Under the pieces are notes generated by a model, which was not told where the DNA came from, made no database searches, and saw only the letters and a list, made by a program, of their open reading frames with translations. From an uncultured Verrucomicrobiae bacterium (GTDB lineage Bacteria > Verrucomicrobiota > Verrucomicrobiia > Palsa-1439), in contig CAVQGJ010000011.1 of assembly GCA_963712025.1 (NCBI GenBank), forward strand, positions 455,929 to 519,928: a stretch of DNA of 64,000 nucleotides, in the 5' to 3' direction. Positions within the stretch are counted from its first letter, which is position 1. Each line of letters starts with the position of its first letter. The position numbers and the translations under genes are program-made. Positions 10,973 through 20,904 of the stretch are shown here, one piece after another.

Positions 10973-11489
10973 TTATCCTCCCCGTCGAAACGGAATACGG
11001 CGAACACCCGGTTGGATGGGCATCGGCGATTGTGGTTGCCCGGGCTGACCCGGGGCCGGCGAGCCGGCGCGCCGCGCCAACTCCCGGTTTGGCCTCCAGC
11101 ATCAATGTGGCGACTTCCAGGTCCTGTTTCAGCACAAGCTTGGTCGGGCCATTCTCCGACTTTTCAATCTTTACCACCTTGACCGCGCCGATGCTTTCCC
11201 CTTCCGCCTTGAAATCAACGTGCTTGGTATCATTCTCCTGGATGATCGCCAGCAGCGGCTGGTCGTCACCCTCGCTGGCAATCCCCACGAACGTGAACCG
11301 TGTCGAAAAACTGGGTTGTTGGGCATCCTCGGGCAACTCGCCCATTTTCCCGAACGGCGCGCGATCCAGAATGATCTGGTACCGGGAAAAATCCCGCGTC
11401 GGCGGCTCCGCCCCGCCCAGCGGAACTCCGCTCAGCGCGACCGTTAGGGCGCAGAGGATCGCCAGATGCGTGCCGGTTCTCCCGCTCAC
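10973..11489 (-). CDS. PilP/GspC-position secretion-system accessory protein (frame broken near the 3' end)
   Basis: GTG 11489 overlaps the pilO stop (GTGA). Signal/anchor HLAILCALTVALSGVPLGGA. The natural-looking end ..PGQPGQPQSPMPIQPGVRRIPFRRGG-TAA (10975-10973), abutting the gspD GTG, is in the +1 frame. The break is at about 11055-11090. Confidence 0.5.
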
Positions 11490-12025
11490 GATTTCGCCCT
11501 GACTGTTTTGGCGGCGAGCGCCCGCACTTGAATATCGCACCGGAGAATACTCTGATTCTCCGTTCGCGGCGTGACCTGCAATTGCTCCACGCTTATGAAA
11601 CCGGCCGCGGTCTGCAGCTCAAACAGAAACCGCACCAGGGAATCCGTGGTCGCTTCGAGGGCCACCTGTTCCGGCAGCACACGATAGACACCCTTGTCCT
11701 CTTCCGCCATGGGACGACTGGAACTGATTTGCACCCCCGAACTCTTGGCGACGTCCAGGATCTTTTTGCCCACGTCTGAACTTTGTTGAAAGCTCTCGGC
11801 GCGCTGTCCCAGACTTTGCTTGAGTTCGTCATATTGTGTCTGCCACTGTTTTTCGTGATCGATCGTCGCCTCCATCACGGCCAGTAGCTGTTGCTGCGTC
11901 CTGAGCCGGTCGCCTGCCGACCGCCAATTCCGCAACAGCGGAACCACGACGAAATAATTCACGCCAAGGATGATCGCCGTAATGGTGATCACCAGCAGAT
12001 TGCGCTCTCGTTTCGTGACAGCCAT
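11486..12025 (-). CDS. pilO: PilO/GspM-like inner-membrane assembly protein
   Basis: 179 aa; N-terminal TM (LLVITITAIILGVNYFVVVPLL), coiled coil and periplasmic domain. Its position follows the PilN-type domain. Confidence 0.6.
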   Translation of the reverse strand: MAVTKRERNLLVITITAIILGVNYFVVVPLLRNWRSAGDRLRTQQQLLAVMEATIDHEKQWQTQYDELKQSLGQRAESFQQSSDVGKKILDVAKSSGVQISSSRPMAEEDKGVYRVLPEQVALEATTDSLVRFLFELQTAAGFISVEQLQVTPRTENQSILRCDIQVRALAAKTVRAKS

Positions 12026-12031
12026 AAAATA

Positions 12032-13454
12032 TCAGGGCGTTGCCCCCGTGGCAGCTTTTGAGAGTACAAGTGAGGCCAAATTTCGTCAAGCCGCCCGCCT
12101 CCGTGGCGGACCGTTCCGCCTCCACCTTCGAGAACAGGTCGCATTTCTCCAGTCGGCTCTGGAAATCGAGCGCCAGGGCCGGTGTCGGCGCCTGGCCCTT
12201 GATGGTGACCGCCAGGTCCTTCTTGTAGACGAACGACGTCAGTTTCACGTTGTCGGGCAGGAGTACCGCGACCTCGCGCAAGACCTCCAGGGCGGAAGAC
12301 TTCATGTCGAGTTGCTTGGACATGGCGAGCAACTCGCTCTGTAATGCCTTCGCCTTGTGAAACTCGGCCTGTCGCTTGTTGATTTCGTTGTCCAGCCGGT
12401 ACAGGCGTGAATTCCTCAACACCAGGAAAGGTCAGAAACACCGCCAACGCCGCCGCATAGACGACTGCCACCGCAATCGCCCCGCGAATCAGACGTTGCC
12501 GGAACGCCGCCGTCTGCCGTTTCTGACGCCATTCGTCCGGCAGCAGGTTCAAGGAGGGCGCTCCGCTGCCCGCGCATTCCAGACACAAGCTCAGCCCGGG
12601 CGACGGCACCGCGCCATTCGTCAGGAACGACGTCGCCGCGTTCAGTCCACTCGCCACCTTCTCGGCGAACAATTTCGACGGTTCATCCTGTGTCAGGAAG
12701 ATGACGTTGCCCCGGGCGCGTTGCGGCTGGCCGGCCTCGGCGGCCACGAACGTCCGTTGCAGTTCTTCCCGGAGAATCGATTCGGAATCCGCGCCCAGCA
12801 CAATGGACCGCACGGCCAGGATCACCTCGCGGGAATAGACGATCACGTCGGCCGTTGTCGGGCCAAGCATCACCAGCACGTTTCGGTTGTCGTCCGTCGC
12901 CAGCAGATTGCGTTTGCCCAACGCGCGAAACATCGCCAGGGCGTCGACCGAGACGATTTCCGCCTGCAGTCCCGCGGCTTCCAGTGCTTCCACGCGCTCA
13001 TTCACCGTCGCTTTCCGGGCGATGGCGACCAGCACGCGCGTCTGGCCGTCCACGATATCCAGCGGCTCGAAACTGTAGACAACCTCCTCCAGCGGCAAGG
13101 GGGTAATGTTGTCGATCTGAAGGTCGAGCATCTGTTTCAATTCCGCAGGGTCGGTCGCCGGCAACCGCAGGATCTGACAGAGCACATCACCGCAATTCAC
13201 CGCGGTCACGATGCGATGTTCGCCCGGATCGAACTGCTGGCGTAGCGATTGGGCGGCGTACTGCCATTGCAACGGCGCATCGGCAGCGGCTTCTGGCGGC
13301 GTCGCGCTGGCCGTTGCCTCCTGAACGACGGTGACCTCCGCGCCTTCCGCGCGCGCGGTGGTCAGTTCGAGACGGAACCTCCAAACGCCACCGCTGCCCA
13401 GCCGCGGGCGTGGCCGATGTGCGCCAGCTTGCGGGGATTGAGGCTCGGCCTCAC
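12032..13454 (-). CDS. pilM: PilM-PilN fusion (GspL-like assembly platform protein), at least 3 frame breaks
   Basis: GTG 13454 overlaps the gspK stop. A PilM-like region (..VLVAIARKATVNERVEALEAAGLQAEIVSVDALAMFRAL..) is followed by the TM helix GAIAVAVVYAAALAVFLTF. A PilN-type part (LVLRNSRLYRLDNEINKRQAEF..KLTSFVYKKDLAVTIKGQA) then continues in another frame. Breaks are at about 13365-13400, about 12423-12430 and in the T/A run 12056-12059. Confidence 0.6.
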
Positions 13455-14476
13455 GATGCCTCCCTCATTTCCTGCCACATCACGATCTCAATGTTGCCGT
13501 TATCACGGTGCACGGTGGCCAGGATCGTGTGCTTTACGCCGCCGACTTCACCCGTCGATCTGATGGTAAAAAACGAGGAGTTCACTGCCACCAGCCCCTG
13601 CACGGCATGGAGGGTCGCCGCATCAAGGTTGCCGACGGTCGCGAAAAACTCTTCAGCGCTGTGAAATGGAATGTCATCGTCCGTGCCCGGGATGCCGTCG
13701 GAGCCGTCCCGCCGGGCCAGCACGGCCTGCACCTGTACGTCATTGAGCCCGAGCCATCGCCTGCAGCACGATGGGCGGACGCCGTGTTCACGTTGACCTG
13801 ACCCGAGCTCATCGTGGTAAACACGTCGCCCAGTCCGGGTTGGGCCGGGTCTTTGTCGGTGGCGGGCGTTCCATGAAACAACTCCGGCGTCACGCCGCGG
13901 ACGAGCAGCAACTCATCCACCCGATCCATCGGCGCGTCTTTGGCACGATAGGGCGGCGACAGGCTCATGTAGTAATCCGACTTCGCGCCGTTCAGACGGG
14001 TGAGATCGCCCGGGCCGATCCAATCGAGAATGGAATCGACAATGATGTCGCCGTCCGACGGATCGACGTTGAGCAACGTCATCAACCGCTCCAATTGCAC
14101 TTGCGGATGCCGTGTTGATCGGCATCTTGGACTCTTCGTCCGTGATCTTCACGTTGAACACTCCGTCGCCCAGTTCATGGTTCACATACAACTCTTCGTT
14201 GGTCGCCCAGTCCTGATTGAGCGCGTCATAGGCGGCATCCGCCGCCGATTGCTGGTGCAGCAGCAATTGCATCTTCGCCACTTCAATTCCCGAACGCGCC
14301 AGCATCTCGGCTTTCAGCTCCTTGCGCGCGTAGGAGGCAAGCTGCGTCTCGACGTGCATGGTGAAGGCAAACCCGCTAATCAGCAAGGACAATACCATGA
14401 TCACCCACAGGACGATGACGATGGCCACTCCCCGCTGATCGTCGAGGCAACGGGTCCTTGCAGCGTCTCGGCTCAT
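13451..14476 (-). CDS. gspK: minor pseudopilin GspK (about 3 frame breaks)
   Basis: ATG 14476 overlaps the gspJ stop (ATGA). MSRDAARTRCLDDQRGVAIVIVLWVIMVLSLL..KMPINTASA | VQLERLMTLLNVDPSDGDIIVDSILDWIGPGD..VNVNTASA | ..VQAVLARRDGSDGIPGTDDDIPFHSAEEF. The pieces are spread over ORFs 13913..14728, 13582..14100 and 13451..13732. Confidence 0.65.
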
Positions 14477-15259
14477 GGCATCGACGAGCGTCCTCCCGTG
14501 ATCGAGCCGAAGGAATGCGGTGGCGGCGGTGGCGCTGCCGAATTGGTCGTGTTTCCTGTCTCCGTCAGACCGGTCTGACCGGGAATGGGAATACCTCCGG
14601 CGGCGACAAACGCGGCGACCGGAATGTCCACCGGGCGTGTGATGACGAGGGGCGGGAACCGACCGCCCCGCTCGCCAAAGACCACAGTGTACTCGACGGC
14701 CGACGGCGGAAACCCCTCCTCTTCCCACTTCTCGGACCAGCTCCCATCCCGCGGGTCACGGTACCGGACGTAGAACCCGCTGACATCCATCGAAATCACG
14801 TGAGCTTGCGGCGGCTCGAGAGACTTGTCGTCGTTCGGGCGCAATGCCGGTTCATTCACCAGGGCCAGATAGGTGCGCTGATACTGGTCCTGCTCCAGGG
14901 AAATGGTCACACGCCGCATGCCGGCCGAAACAGCTTCGCTCGGCGGCAGGAATGCGTCCGAAGCGGTGACGAAACTTATGCTGTCGCCGAGACCGGGGTT
15001 CTGGGTGGCGATGAAGGCGTACAGCGACGACGGATGGCTGAAAGAAGACCGCCGATTGCGTCAGTTCCATCAGCGCATCCATCACGATCCGTTGCCGCTG
15101 AAAGGCTTCGCTGGCATCGCTGCCGCGCTGCCAGGAGTTCAACGCCGCGCTCCACGTGCTGTACACGGCGGTGACAAGCATGCCGAGAATGGCGACGGCC
15201 AGCAAGACTTCCAGCAGCGTGAAGCCGGCCTGTGTTCCCTGTGAATGGCGTGATGGCAT
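14473..15259 (-). CDS. gspJ: minor pseudopilin GspJ (one frame break)
   Basis: ATG 15259: MPSRHSQGTQAGFTLLEVLLAVAILGMLVTAVY (prepilin motif). Continues as YAFIATQNPGLGDSISFVTASD..MRRVTISLEQDQYQRTYLALV in the frame of ORF 14473..14919. The break is at about 15025-15040 (T run). Confidence 0.65.
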
Positions 15260-15261
15260 AC

Positions 15262-15669
15262 TCAGTGTTCTTTGTCGGGCAGATACCGGAACTCGACGAC
15301 CGACTCGCTGACTTCTTTTCCCCGCTCGTACCAATACACAGTGATCGTTTGCTGCCACATGCCGTCGATGCCTGTGCCTTCGAATTTCCGCGACCATGAG
15401 TAGCCGGGGTAGTCATCGAACTTGCCCTCTTGATCGAGAATGTCCGTTGGCTGCTCCACGCGGAACTCGTAACTCTTGTTGGCCAGAAGGATGTCGGACA
15501 CCGTGTAGTTCTGGATGGAGCGCGCCGCGGCCACATCGCGGCCCAGGCATTCGAGAAGCCCAAACACACAGATCGCCAGGATAAACACCGCCAACAACAC
15601 CTCCAGCAGAAGGAAGCCGGCCTCGGTCCGTCCGTGTGTGGCAGGGTGATGTTGACAGAGGGATTTCAT
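15262..15669 (-). CDS. gspI: minor pseudopilin GspI
   Basis: ATG 15669 overlaps the gspH stop (ATGA). MKSLCQHHPATHGRTEAGFLLLEVLLAVFILAI prepilin-type N-terminus. 135 aa. Confidence 0.65.
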   Translation of the reverse strand: MKSLCQHHPATHGRTEAGFLLLEVLLAVFILAICVFGLLECLGRDVAAARSIQNYTVSDILLANKSYEFRVEQPTDILDQEGKFDDYPGYSWSRKFEGTGIDGMWQQTITVYWYERGKEVSESVVEFRYLPDKEH

Positions 15670-16199
15670 AGTTTGACCGGCCACAACATGCCCCGACAGG
15701 TCACGGGATCGACGACCACTTCCAACCCATTGCCTTTTTCGACGCCGCGGAGCGTTACCGCAAAAGCGTCGCACGTGCCGTTCGGGTAGAACGTGGCCTC
15801 AACCTGCCCTCGGCCCTGCGGCATGAGTTCTCCCAACTGGGCGGAGGATAGCCCGATGCGGGTGGGCATCGGGATTGTCTTGAGTACGTCCGCGTCGCTG
15901 GAGGAACCATCGGCGGTGTCGTTCGTGCTGGCGGCTTGCATCAGCCAGATCGTCTGACGGTCCATGTCGATGTAATAGCCCACGTTTCGCTGGTGCAGCA
16001 CGGCATTGAGCTTGGCGAACTCGCAACTCGTCGCGATCGTGCGCCCGGTCGCATTCAGGACCTCGGTGTTATACGAGCGCACGAAACTGGGGACGGTCAC
16101 GGCGATGATGATGGCGATGATGAACACCGCGATGCTCAACTCGATCAGCGTGAAACCGCTCTCGCGACGGCGTGCGTCATTGCCAGTTGCCAATATCAT
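15666..16199 (-). CDS. gspH: minor pseudopilin GspH
   Basis: MILATGNDARRRESGFTLIELSIAVFIIAIIIAV prepilin-type N-terminus. 177 aa. Confidence 0.6.
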   Translation of the reverse strand: MILATGNDARRRESGFTLIELSIAVFIIAIIIAVTVPSFVRSYNTEVLNATGRTIATSCEFAKLNAVLHQRNVGYYIDMDRQTIWLMQAASTNDTADGSSSDADVLKTIPMPTRIGLSSAQLGELMPQGRGQVEATFYPNGTCDAFAVTLRGVEKGNGLEVVVDPVTCRGMLWPVKL

Positions 16200-16620
16200 C
16201 TTCGTTCCCCGCGACGCCATCGGGACCGGGCGAGGACAGGTCGTAGCTGGTCGTATTATGCGTGCCCGGATTCTGGTAGATATAATCATGGTTCCAAGGG
16301 TCCTTGCGGATGACCGGTGGCTTCAGATACGGGCCTTTCCAGTTGCCCGGCACCGGTGTGCTGCTTGGCGCCACGATCAGCGCTTGCAGCCCTTGCTCGG
16401 TGTTCGGCAATATCCCGTTGTCCAATTCATACAAATCGAGCGCCGCCGAAAAGTTGTGGATTTGATCCTGTGCCGCCGTCTTCTTGGATTCCCCGATCTT
16501 GGGCGCCAGATTCACGACGGCCACGCCGACGAGCATGCTGATGATGATCACCACCAGGAGGATTTCCAGGAGCGTGAACCCCGCCTCCGCACTACGATTG
16601 TGTTGGGGTCTGTTATTCAT
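16177..16620 (-). CDS. gspG: major pseudopilin GspG
   Basis: MNNRPQHNRSAEAGFTLLEILLVVIIISMLVGVAVVNL..DPWNHDYIY. GspG-type size and motifs. Confidence 0.8.
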   Translation of the reverse strand: MNNRPQHNRSAEAGFTLLEILLVVIIISMLVGVAVVNLAPKIGESKKTAAQDQIHNFSAALDLYELDNGILPNTEQGLQALIVAPSSTPVPGNWKGPYLKPPVIRKDPWNHDYIYQNPGTHNTTSYDLSSPGPDGVAGNEDDIGNWQ

Positions 16621-16636
16621 TGCCGCCTCCTCGATC

Positions 16637-17854
16637 TCACTTTCCAATTCCCGACGTGATGGAGAATACCGCCATCAATATGCTCATGACGATACCGCCG
16701 ACGACAACCGCCATGATAATGATAATCACGGGCTCAAGCAACGTCGTGAATATCTTCAGCATCCGCGAGAGTTCCTGCTCGTAGGCGTCGGCGATATTCT
16801 TGAGCGCGGGCACGACCGCGCCGCTCTCCTCCCCGACCGCCAGCATGTCGATGAGCAACGGCGGGAACACCTTGCCCTTGCTGAGCGGTTGGCTGATGCT
16901 TGTGCCGTCGGTCACCCGGGTGCGCGCCTCGCGAATCTCGTTCGCGATGACGCGGTTGGTCATGGTGTCCTCGACAATCTGCAGGGCCGTGAGCACGGGC
17001 ACGCCGTTTTCCAACAGCGTCGCCAGGGTCCGCGCGAACTGGGCCAGCGCGTTGGCCATCAGGATGTTCCCGAAGACCGGCAGCCGCAACTTCAGGACGT
17101 CGAGCGCCAACTTCCCCTCCGGGGTTCGGGCGCGAATCCGATAGACCGTCACCCCCGCGACAGCCAGAAGAACCCCGATCCACCAATAGGCCACGAACTT
17201 GTCGCTGATCCAGATGAGGCACCGGGTCGGCAATGGCATGGTGGTGCCCATTTCCTTGAACATGGCCGAGAACCGCGGCACCATGACCAGCATGAAGAAA
17301 ATAATCGTGCAGATGCCGACCGCGACAATAATCAACGGGTAAATCAGGGCGCCAACAACTTTCTCGCGCACCTCGGCCATCTGCTCCTGATGTTTTCCCA
17401 GACGCAGGAGCACGTCGTCCAAAGAGCCACTGGCTTCACCCGCCTTGATCAGGTTCACAAAGAAGCGGGAGAAAACCTTGGGGTGCTTCGACAGCGAATC
17501 CGACAGGCTCTCGCCCTGGACGATGCCATTCCGCAATTCACTCAGGATGGCCCCCAGCGCCCTCTTTTGCGACCGTCGTTCCAGGGTGCCAAGCGCCTGG
17601 CTCAGCGACATACCGGATTTCAGGAGACTGGACAATTGCTGGGTGAACATGAGCACATCACGGGACTTGACCCGGTTGCCCAAGCTGCTGGCCTTGTCCT
17701 GGGCCAGTTGATCCGCCTCGGCCGAATCCACCGCCAGCGGGAAGAACCCCAGTTTGCTCAGCTCCGCCAATGCCGCGCGACGGTCGCCCGCAGCGAGAGA
17801 CCCGTTCACGACTTCGCCAGCGCGCGTCTTGGCTTTGTATTGGAACGTCGGCAT
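16637..17854 (-). CDS. gspF: type II secretion system inner-membrane platform protein GspF
   Basis: 405 aa; duplicated GspF/PilC domain architecture (..LSSLLKSGMSLSQAL.. and ..LATLLENGVPVLTAL..). Confidence 0.9.
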   Translation of the reverse strand: MPTFQYKAKTRAGEVVNGSLAAGDRRAALAELSKLGFFPLAVDSAEADQLAQDKASSLGNRVKSRDVLMFTQQLSSLLKSGMSLSQALGTLERRSQKRALGAILSELRNGIVQGESLSDSLSKHPKVFSRFFVNLIKAGEASGSLDDVLLRLGKHQEQMAEVREKVVGALIYPLIIVAVGICTIIFFMLVMVPRFSAMFKEMGTTMPLPTRCLIWISDKFVAYWWIGVLLAVAGVTVYRIRARTPEGKLALDVLKLRLPVFGNILMANALAQFARTLATLLENGVPVLTALQIVEDTMTNRVIANEIREARTRVTDGTSISQPLSKGKVFPPLLIDMLAVGEESGAVVPALKNIADAYEQELSRMLKIFTTLLEPVIIIIMAVVVGGIVMSILMAVFSITSGIGK

Positions 17855-17956
17855 GTAATGGTCGTTAGTTCGACACCGAACAGGATACTTTGTTCCGCGC
17901 CGTGCTCAATCCCAAAAGAGCGGGTTGCAGCACGTTCCGCCCCTCCGCCAGGCGGC

Positions 17957-19684
17957 TCACGTGCCGGTCAGTTCTTCGTCTTCCTGCGTGACCCGCGCGA
18001 TTTCTTCCACGGTCGTCATGCCCTGGCGGACCTTGTCCCACCCGTCATCGCGGAGGGTCTTCATCCCCTGGCTGATCGCCATTTGCTTGATGGCGCTGGA
18101 CGAGGCGCGTTCGATAATCAAGGGCCGCAACGCCTCGGACATCACGAGGATTTCGTAGATGGCCGAGCGCCCCTTGAATCCGGTAAACCGGCACTCTTCG
18201 CAGCCGCGCCCCCGGTAGAACTTCACCTTGCCAATGTCCTGGGCGGGAAACCCGACCTCGTGGAGAAATTCAGGTCCGGGTTTGTACTCCTCCTTGCACG
18301 CCTTGCAATTCGTCCGGATCAGGCGCTGGGCAATCAACGCCTCGACCGACGAACTCACCAGAAACGGCTCGATGCCCATGTCGATCAACCGCGTGATCGC
18401 GCCGGGCGCGTCGTTCGTGTGGAGCGTCGAGAACACCAGATGGCCCGTCAGCGCCGCGCGAATGGCGATCTCCGCCGTTTCCAGGTCGCGCACTTCACCA
18501 ACCATGATCACGTCGGGGTCCTGCCGCAAAATGTGGCGCAGGCCGCTGGCAAACGTCAGCCCGATTTCCGACTTCACCGAAATCTGGTTGACGCCGGGCA
18601 GTTCGTATTCGACGGGCTCCTCGATGGTGATGATTCGCTGGTCAATCGAGTTGATCGTGCTCAGAAACGCGTACAACGACGTGGATTTGCCCGAACCGGT
18701 TGGCCCCGTGACGAGGATGATCCCGTGCGGCATATCAATCAGTTTGCGGATGATCTTTTCCTCCTCCTTGTTCAGGCCCAAACTCTCGAGCCCGAGAAAG
18801 ATGCTGCTGCGCGTCAGCAACCGCAAACTGACGCTTTCCCCGTAGGCGGTCGGAATGGTCGAGACACGCACGTCGATTTCCGCGCCGCTGCTGCGGACGT
18901 TGATGCGACCGTCCTGCGGGAGGCGGCGTTCGGCGATGTCCATGTTGGACATGACCTTGATGCGTGAGATGATCGCGGCCTGGAACCGTTTCAGGTGCGG
19001 CGGCACGGGCGTCTGGTGCAACACGCCGTCTACGCGATAGCGGATGCGCAGGTCGTTCTCCATCGGTTCCATGTGAATGTCGGTCGCCCGCTCCTTGTAC
19101 GCCTCCCCGATGATCTGGTTCACAAATTTGACGACGCTCGCCTCTTGGTCGCCGCTTTCCAAATCGTCCTTCGTCACTTCGGCGATCTCGTCGATGTCCA
19201 GCACGTTCTTCTGCAACAGCTCGTCCAGTGTCTCCGCGCCAACCCCGTAATAGCGTTTCAGGGCCTTGGCGATGTCGGCCTGGGTGCACAAGGCCAGTTG
19301 GACGCGCGATTTGGTCACGAGCCGGACGGCTTCGAGCATGGTGAGATTGAACGGATCATGGGCGGCCACCAGTAGCGTCCCGTTCTCGGCGCGCATCGGC
19401 ATGACGTTGTGCTGGAACACTACCTTGGTCGGGACCTTCTGGCGCGCGACCGCGTCGATCTCTTTGTCGGTGATCCGCGTGAACGGCAGGTGCAGCGCCT
19501 GGGCCAGAGCTTGGAGCAGCTTCTCTTCGGGCGCGACTCCCGATTTCACCAGCGTAGTGATGAGCGGCTGCGCGGCTGACTGCGGGGCCGACAGCGCCTC
19601 GGAAATCTGCTTTTCCGTGAAAAGTCCCGTCTGCTGAAGCAGTTGCCGCAGATCCACCGGTATTGTGTCGACAGTCGCTACCAT
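17957..19684 (-). CDS. gspE: type II secretion / type IV pilus assembly ATPase GspE
   Basis: Start moved to ATG 19684 (MVATVDTIPVDL..). Walker A VTGPTGSGKSTSLY. Tetracysteine CKACK..CEEC. GspE/PilB N-terminal domain. Confidence 0.9.
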   Translation of the reverse strand: MVATVDTIPVDLRQLLQQTGLFTEKQISEALSAPQSAAQPLITTLVKSGVAPEEKLLQALAQALHLPFTRITDKEIDAVARQKVPTKVVFQHNVMPMRAENGTLLVAAHDPFNLTMLEAVRLVTKSRVQLALCTQADIAKALKRYYGVGAETLDELLQKNVLDIDEIAEVTKDDLESGDQEASVVKFVNQIIGEAYKERATDIHMEPMENDLRIRYRVDGVLHQTPVPPHLKRFQAAIISRIKVMSNMDIAERRLPQDGRINVRSSGAEIDVRVSTIPTAYGESVSLRLLTRSSIFLGLESLGLNKEEEKIIRKLIDMPHGIILVTGPTGSGKSTSLYAFLSTINSIDQRIITIEEPVEYELPGVNQISVKSEIGLTFASGLRHILRQDPDVIMVGEVRDLETAEIAIRAALTGHLVFSTLHTNDAPGAITRLIDMGIEPFLVSSSVEALIAQRLIRTNCKACKEEYKPGPEFLHEVGFPAQDIGKVKFYRGRGCEECRFTGFKGRSAIYEILVMSEALRPLIIERASSSAIKQMAISQGMKTLRDDGWDKVRQGMTTVEEIARVTQEDEELTGT

Positions 19685-19743
19685 CACATTTTCACCTCTA
19701 CGATATGAGACACCACATTCCTTGTCAATGGCACAAGAAATCG

Positions 19744-19763
19744 GGTAGTGTCCTAATTTGAAA
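19744..19763 (+). repeat. left terminal inverted repeat GGTAGTGTCCTAATTTGAAA (flanked by TSD AGAAATCG at 19736-19743)
   Basis: Exact reverse complement of 32020-32039. The tip matches the IS1-family end consensus GGnnnTG. Confidence 0.85.
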
Positions 19764-20165
19764 ACTTCGCATAGCAGGGTCAATCAGGCCCATGGCAAGA
19801 AAAGGCCAACATTCCCCCATCCTGACCCCAGCCTTATTGACTGGAAGCGAATCGACAAGGGCATTCTGCATGAGGTGCGCGTCCTGCGAGCCAACGGCAT
19901 CGAGACGACGGAATCCTGTCAGGGCGGACACGGGCATCCGTTCCCGGAGCCTACGGTGCGATTCTGCGGTGGAGAAGCCGCCGGATGGTTTGCGCTTGGC
20001 ATCGCGATGCAAGAGCGCCTAGCGGTGAACGAGCTTCGGAGAATCTGGCGCATTATTGATGGCGTGCCCACTGGCCCGGAATGGGAAATAACATTCGATC
20101 ATCCCGGTGTCGGGCCATGCCCGGTGGATAGAGGAGACGGGAAAGCCACTTGGCGCTGGCGCTAA
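19758..20165 (+). CDS. hypothetical protein (up to 135 aa; start uncertain)
   Basis: ORF with a TTG start inside the left TIR and no early ATG. ..GIETTESCQGGHGHPFPEPTVRFCGGEAAGWF.. No recognised domain. Confidence 0.4.
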   Translation: MKTSHSRVNQAHGKKRPTFPHPDPSLIDWKRIDKGILHEVRVLRANGIETTESCQGGHGHPFPEPTVRFCGGEAAGWFALGIAMQERLAVNELRRIWRIIDGVPTGPEWEITFDHPGVGPCPVDRGDGKATWRWR

Positions 20166-20169
20166 AGCC

Positions 20170-20394
20170 CTACTTGCCTTTTCGGTCTAGCTCATTGCAA
20201 TCGTCACACAACGGTTTCCCGCCCGTACCCTTCCGTCGATTGTGCGGAGGTATCTCACTGCCCGGTCCGCATTTTGGGTTGTCGTGATGGTGTTTCTCTT
20301 TTACGGAATACCACGTATTTTTCCCGGCGTGCTTGGCGATGGAAAGCCCGCTTCCCAATCCTTTGGAGCGGTTGCCCGCTGGCTTGTTTTTCAT
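20170..20394 (-). CDS. small Cys/His-containing hypothetical protein (74 aa)
   Basis: MKNKPAGN..KHHHDNPKCGPGSEIPPHNRRKGTGGKPLCDDCNELDRKGK. Resembles a widespread family of small GTGGK..C..C proteins. Confidence 0.5.
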   Translation of the reverse strand: MKNKPAGNRSKGLGSGLSIAKHAGKNTWYSVKEKHHHDNPKCGPGSEIPPHNRRKGTGGKPLCDDCNELDRKGK

Positions 20395-20457
20395 GCGGGC
20401 TGTTATCGCGCCATGCGGACGCCTAGACAACCAGAAAAGCGAACACCCCGGCATCCA

Positions 20458-20721
20458 TCATTCCCTCTGGATGTTGACATTCGCTCCGCCATCGGAAGTG
20501 ACCACACAAATCAGCCTTCCGGTCTCCTCGCTCCTGTTGTTCTCCCATTGGACCGGACGTAAGCCTCTCCGGTCGATTTCCCATCCGAAGCCCGACTCGT
20601 GGTTTCCGTGCTCGCTGCGCACAATCCACGCGCCGCATTCGTCTTTACGCGCTTTGGCCGGGTCATGGCTTGCTACCGTATCGCCATTTCTCCACGCTTG
20701 CTCTATCAAATCCTCATCCAC
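20458..20721 (-). CDS. HNH-endonuclease-like small protein, catalytic core apparently deleted
   Basis: ..RKDECGAWIVRSEHGNHESGFGWEIDRRGLRPVQWENNRSEETGRLICVVTS. The family normally reads GWEIDH-about 15 aa-NLRPLQWENN. Confidence 0.55.
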   Translation of the reverse strand: MDEDLIEQAWRNGDTVASHDPAKARKDECGAWIVRSEHGNHESGFGWEIDRRGLRPVQWENNRSEETGRLICVVTSDGGANVNIQRE

Positions 20722-20904
20722 AGTAGCCTCCCGTGTGACACATGATTACTGGGTAGTCGAAACGCGAAGGCCCGGCCATCCAACCTGACCGGAAGCCAAG
20801 TCCGGGGGAAGGACAGCCGAGCCGTCGCAGTCAGAGCCTACGAGCCTTCCGAATTGCTGTCAACACCATCACGCAACTCAGCGGCTTGGGCTGGTAGCCG
20901 GATT

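Noticed and set aside
16484-18967. 827-aa ORF on the plus strand
   Set aside because: It is antisense to gspF and gspE. The composition is Arg/His/Gly/Pro-rich with no motifs. This is a typical shadow ORF of a high-GC gene.
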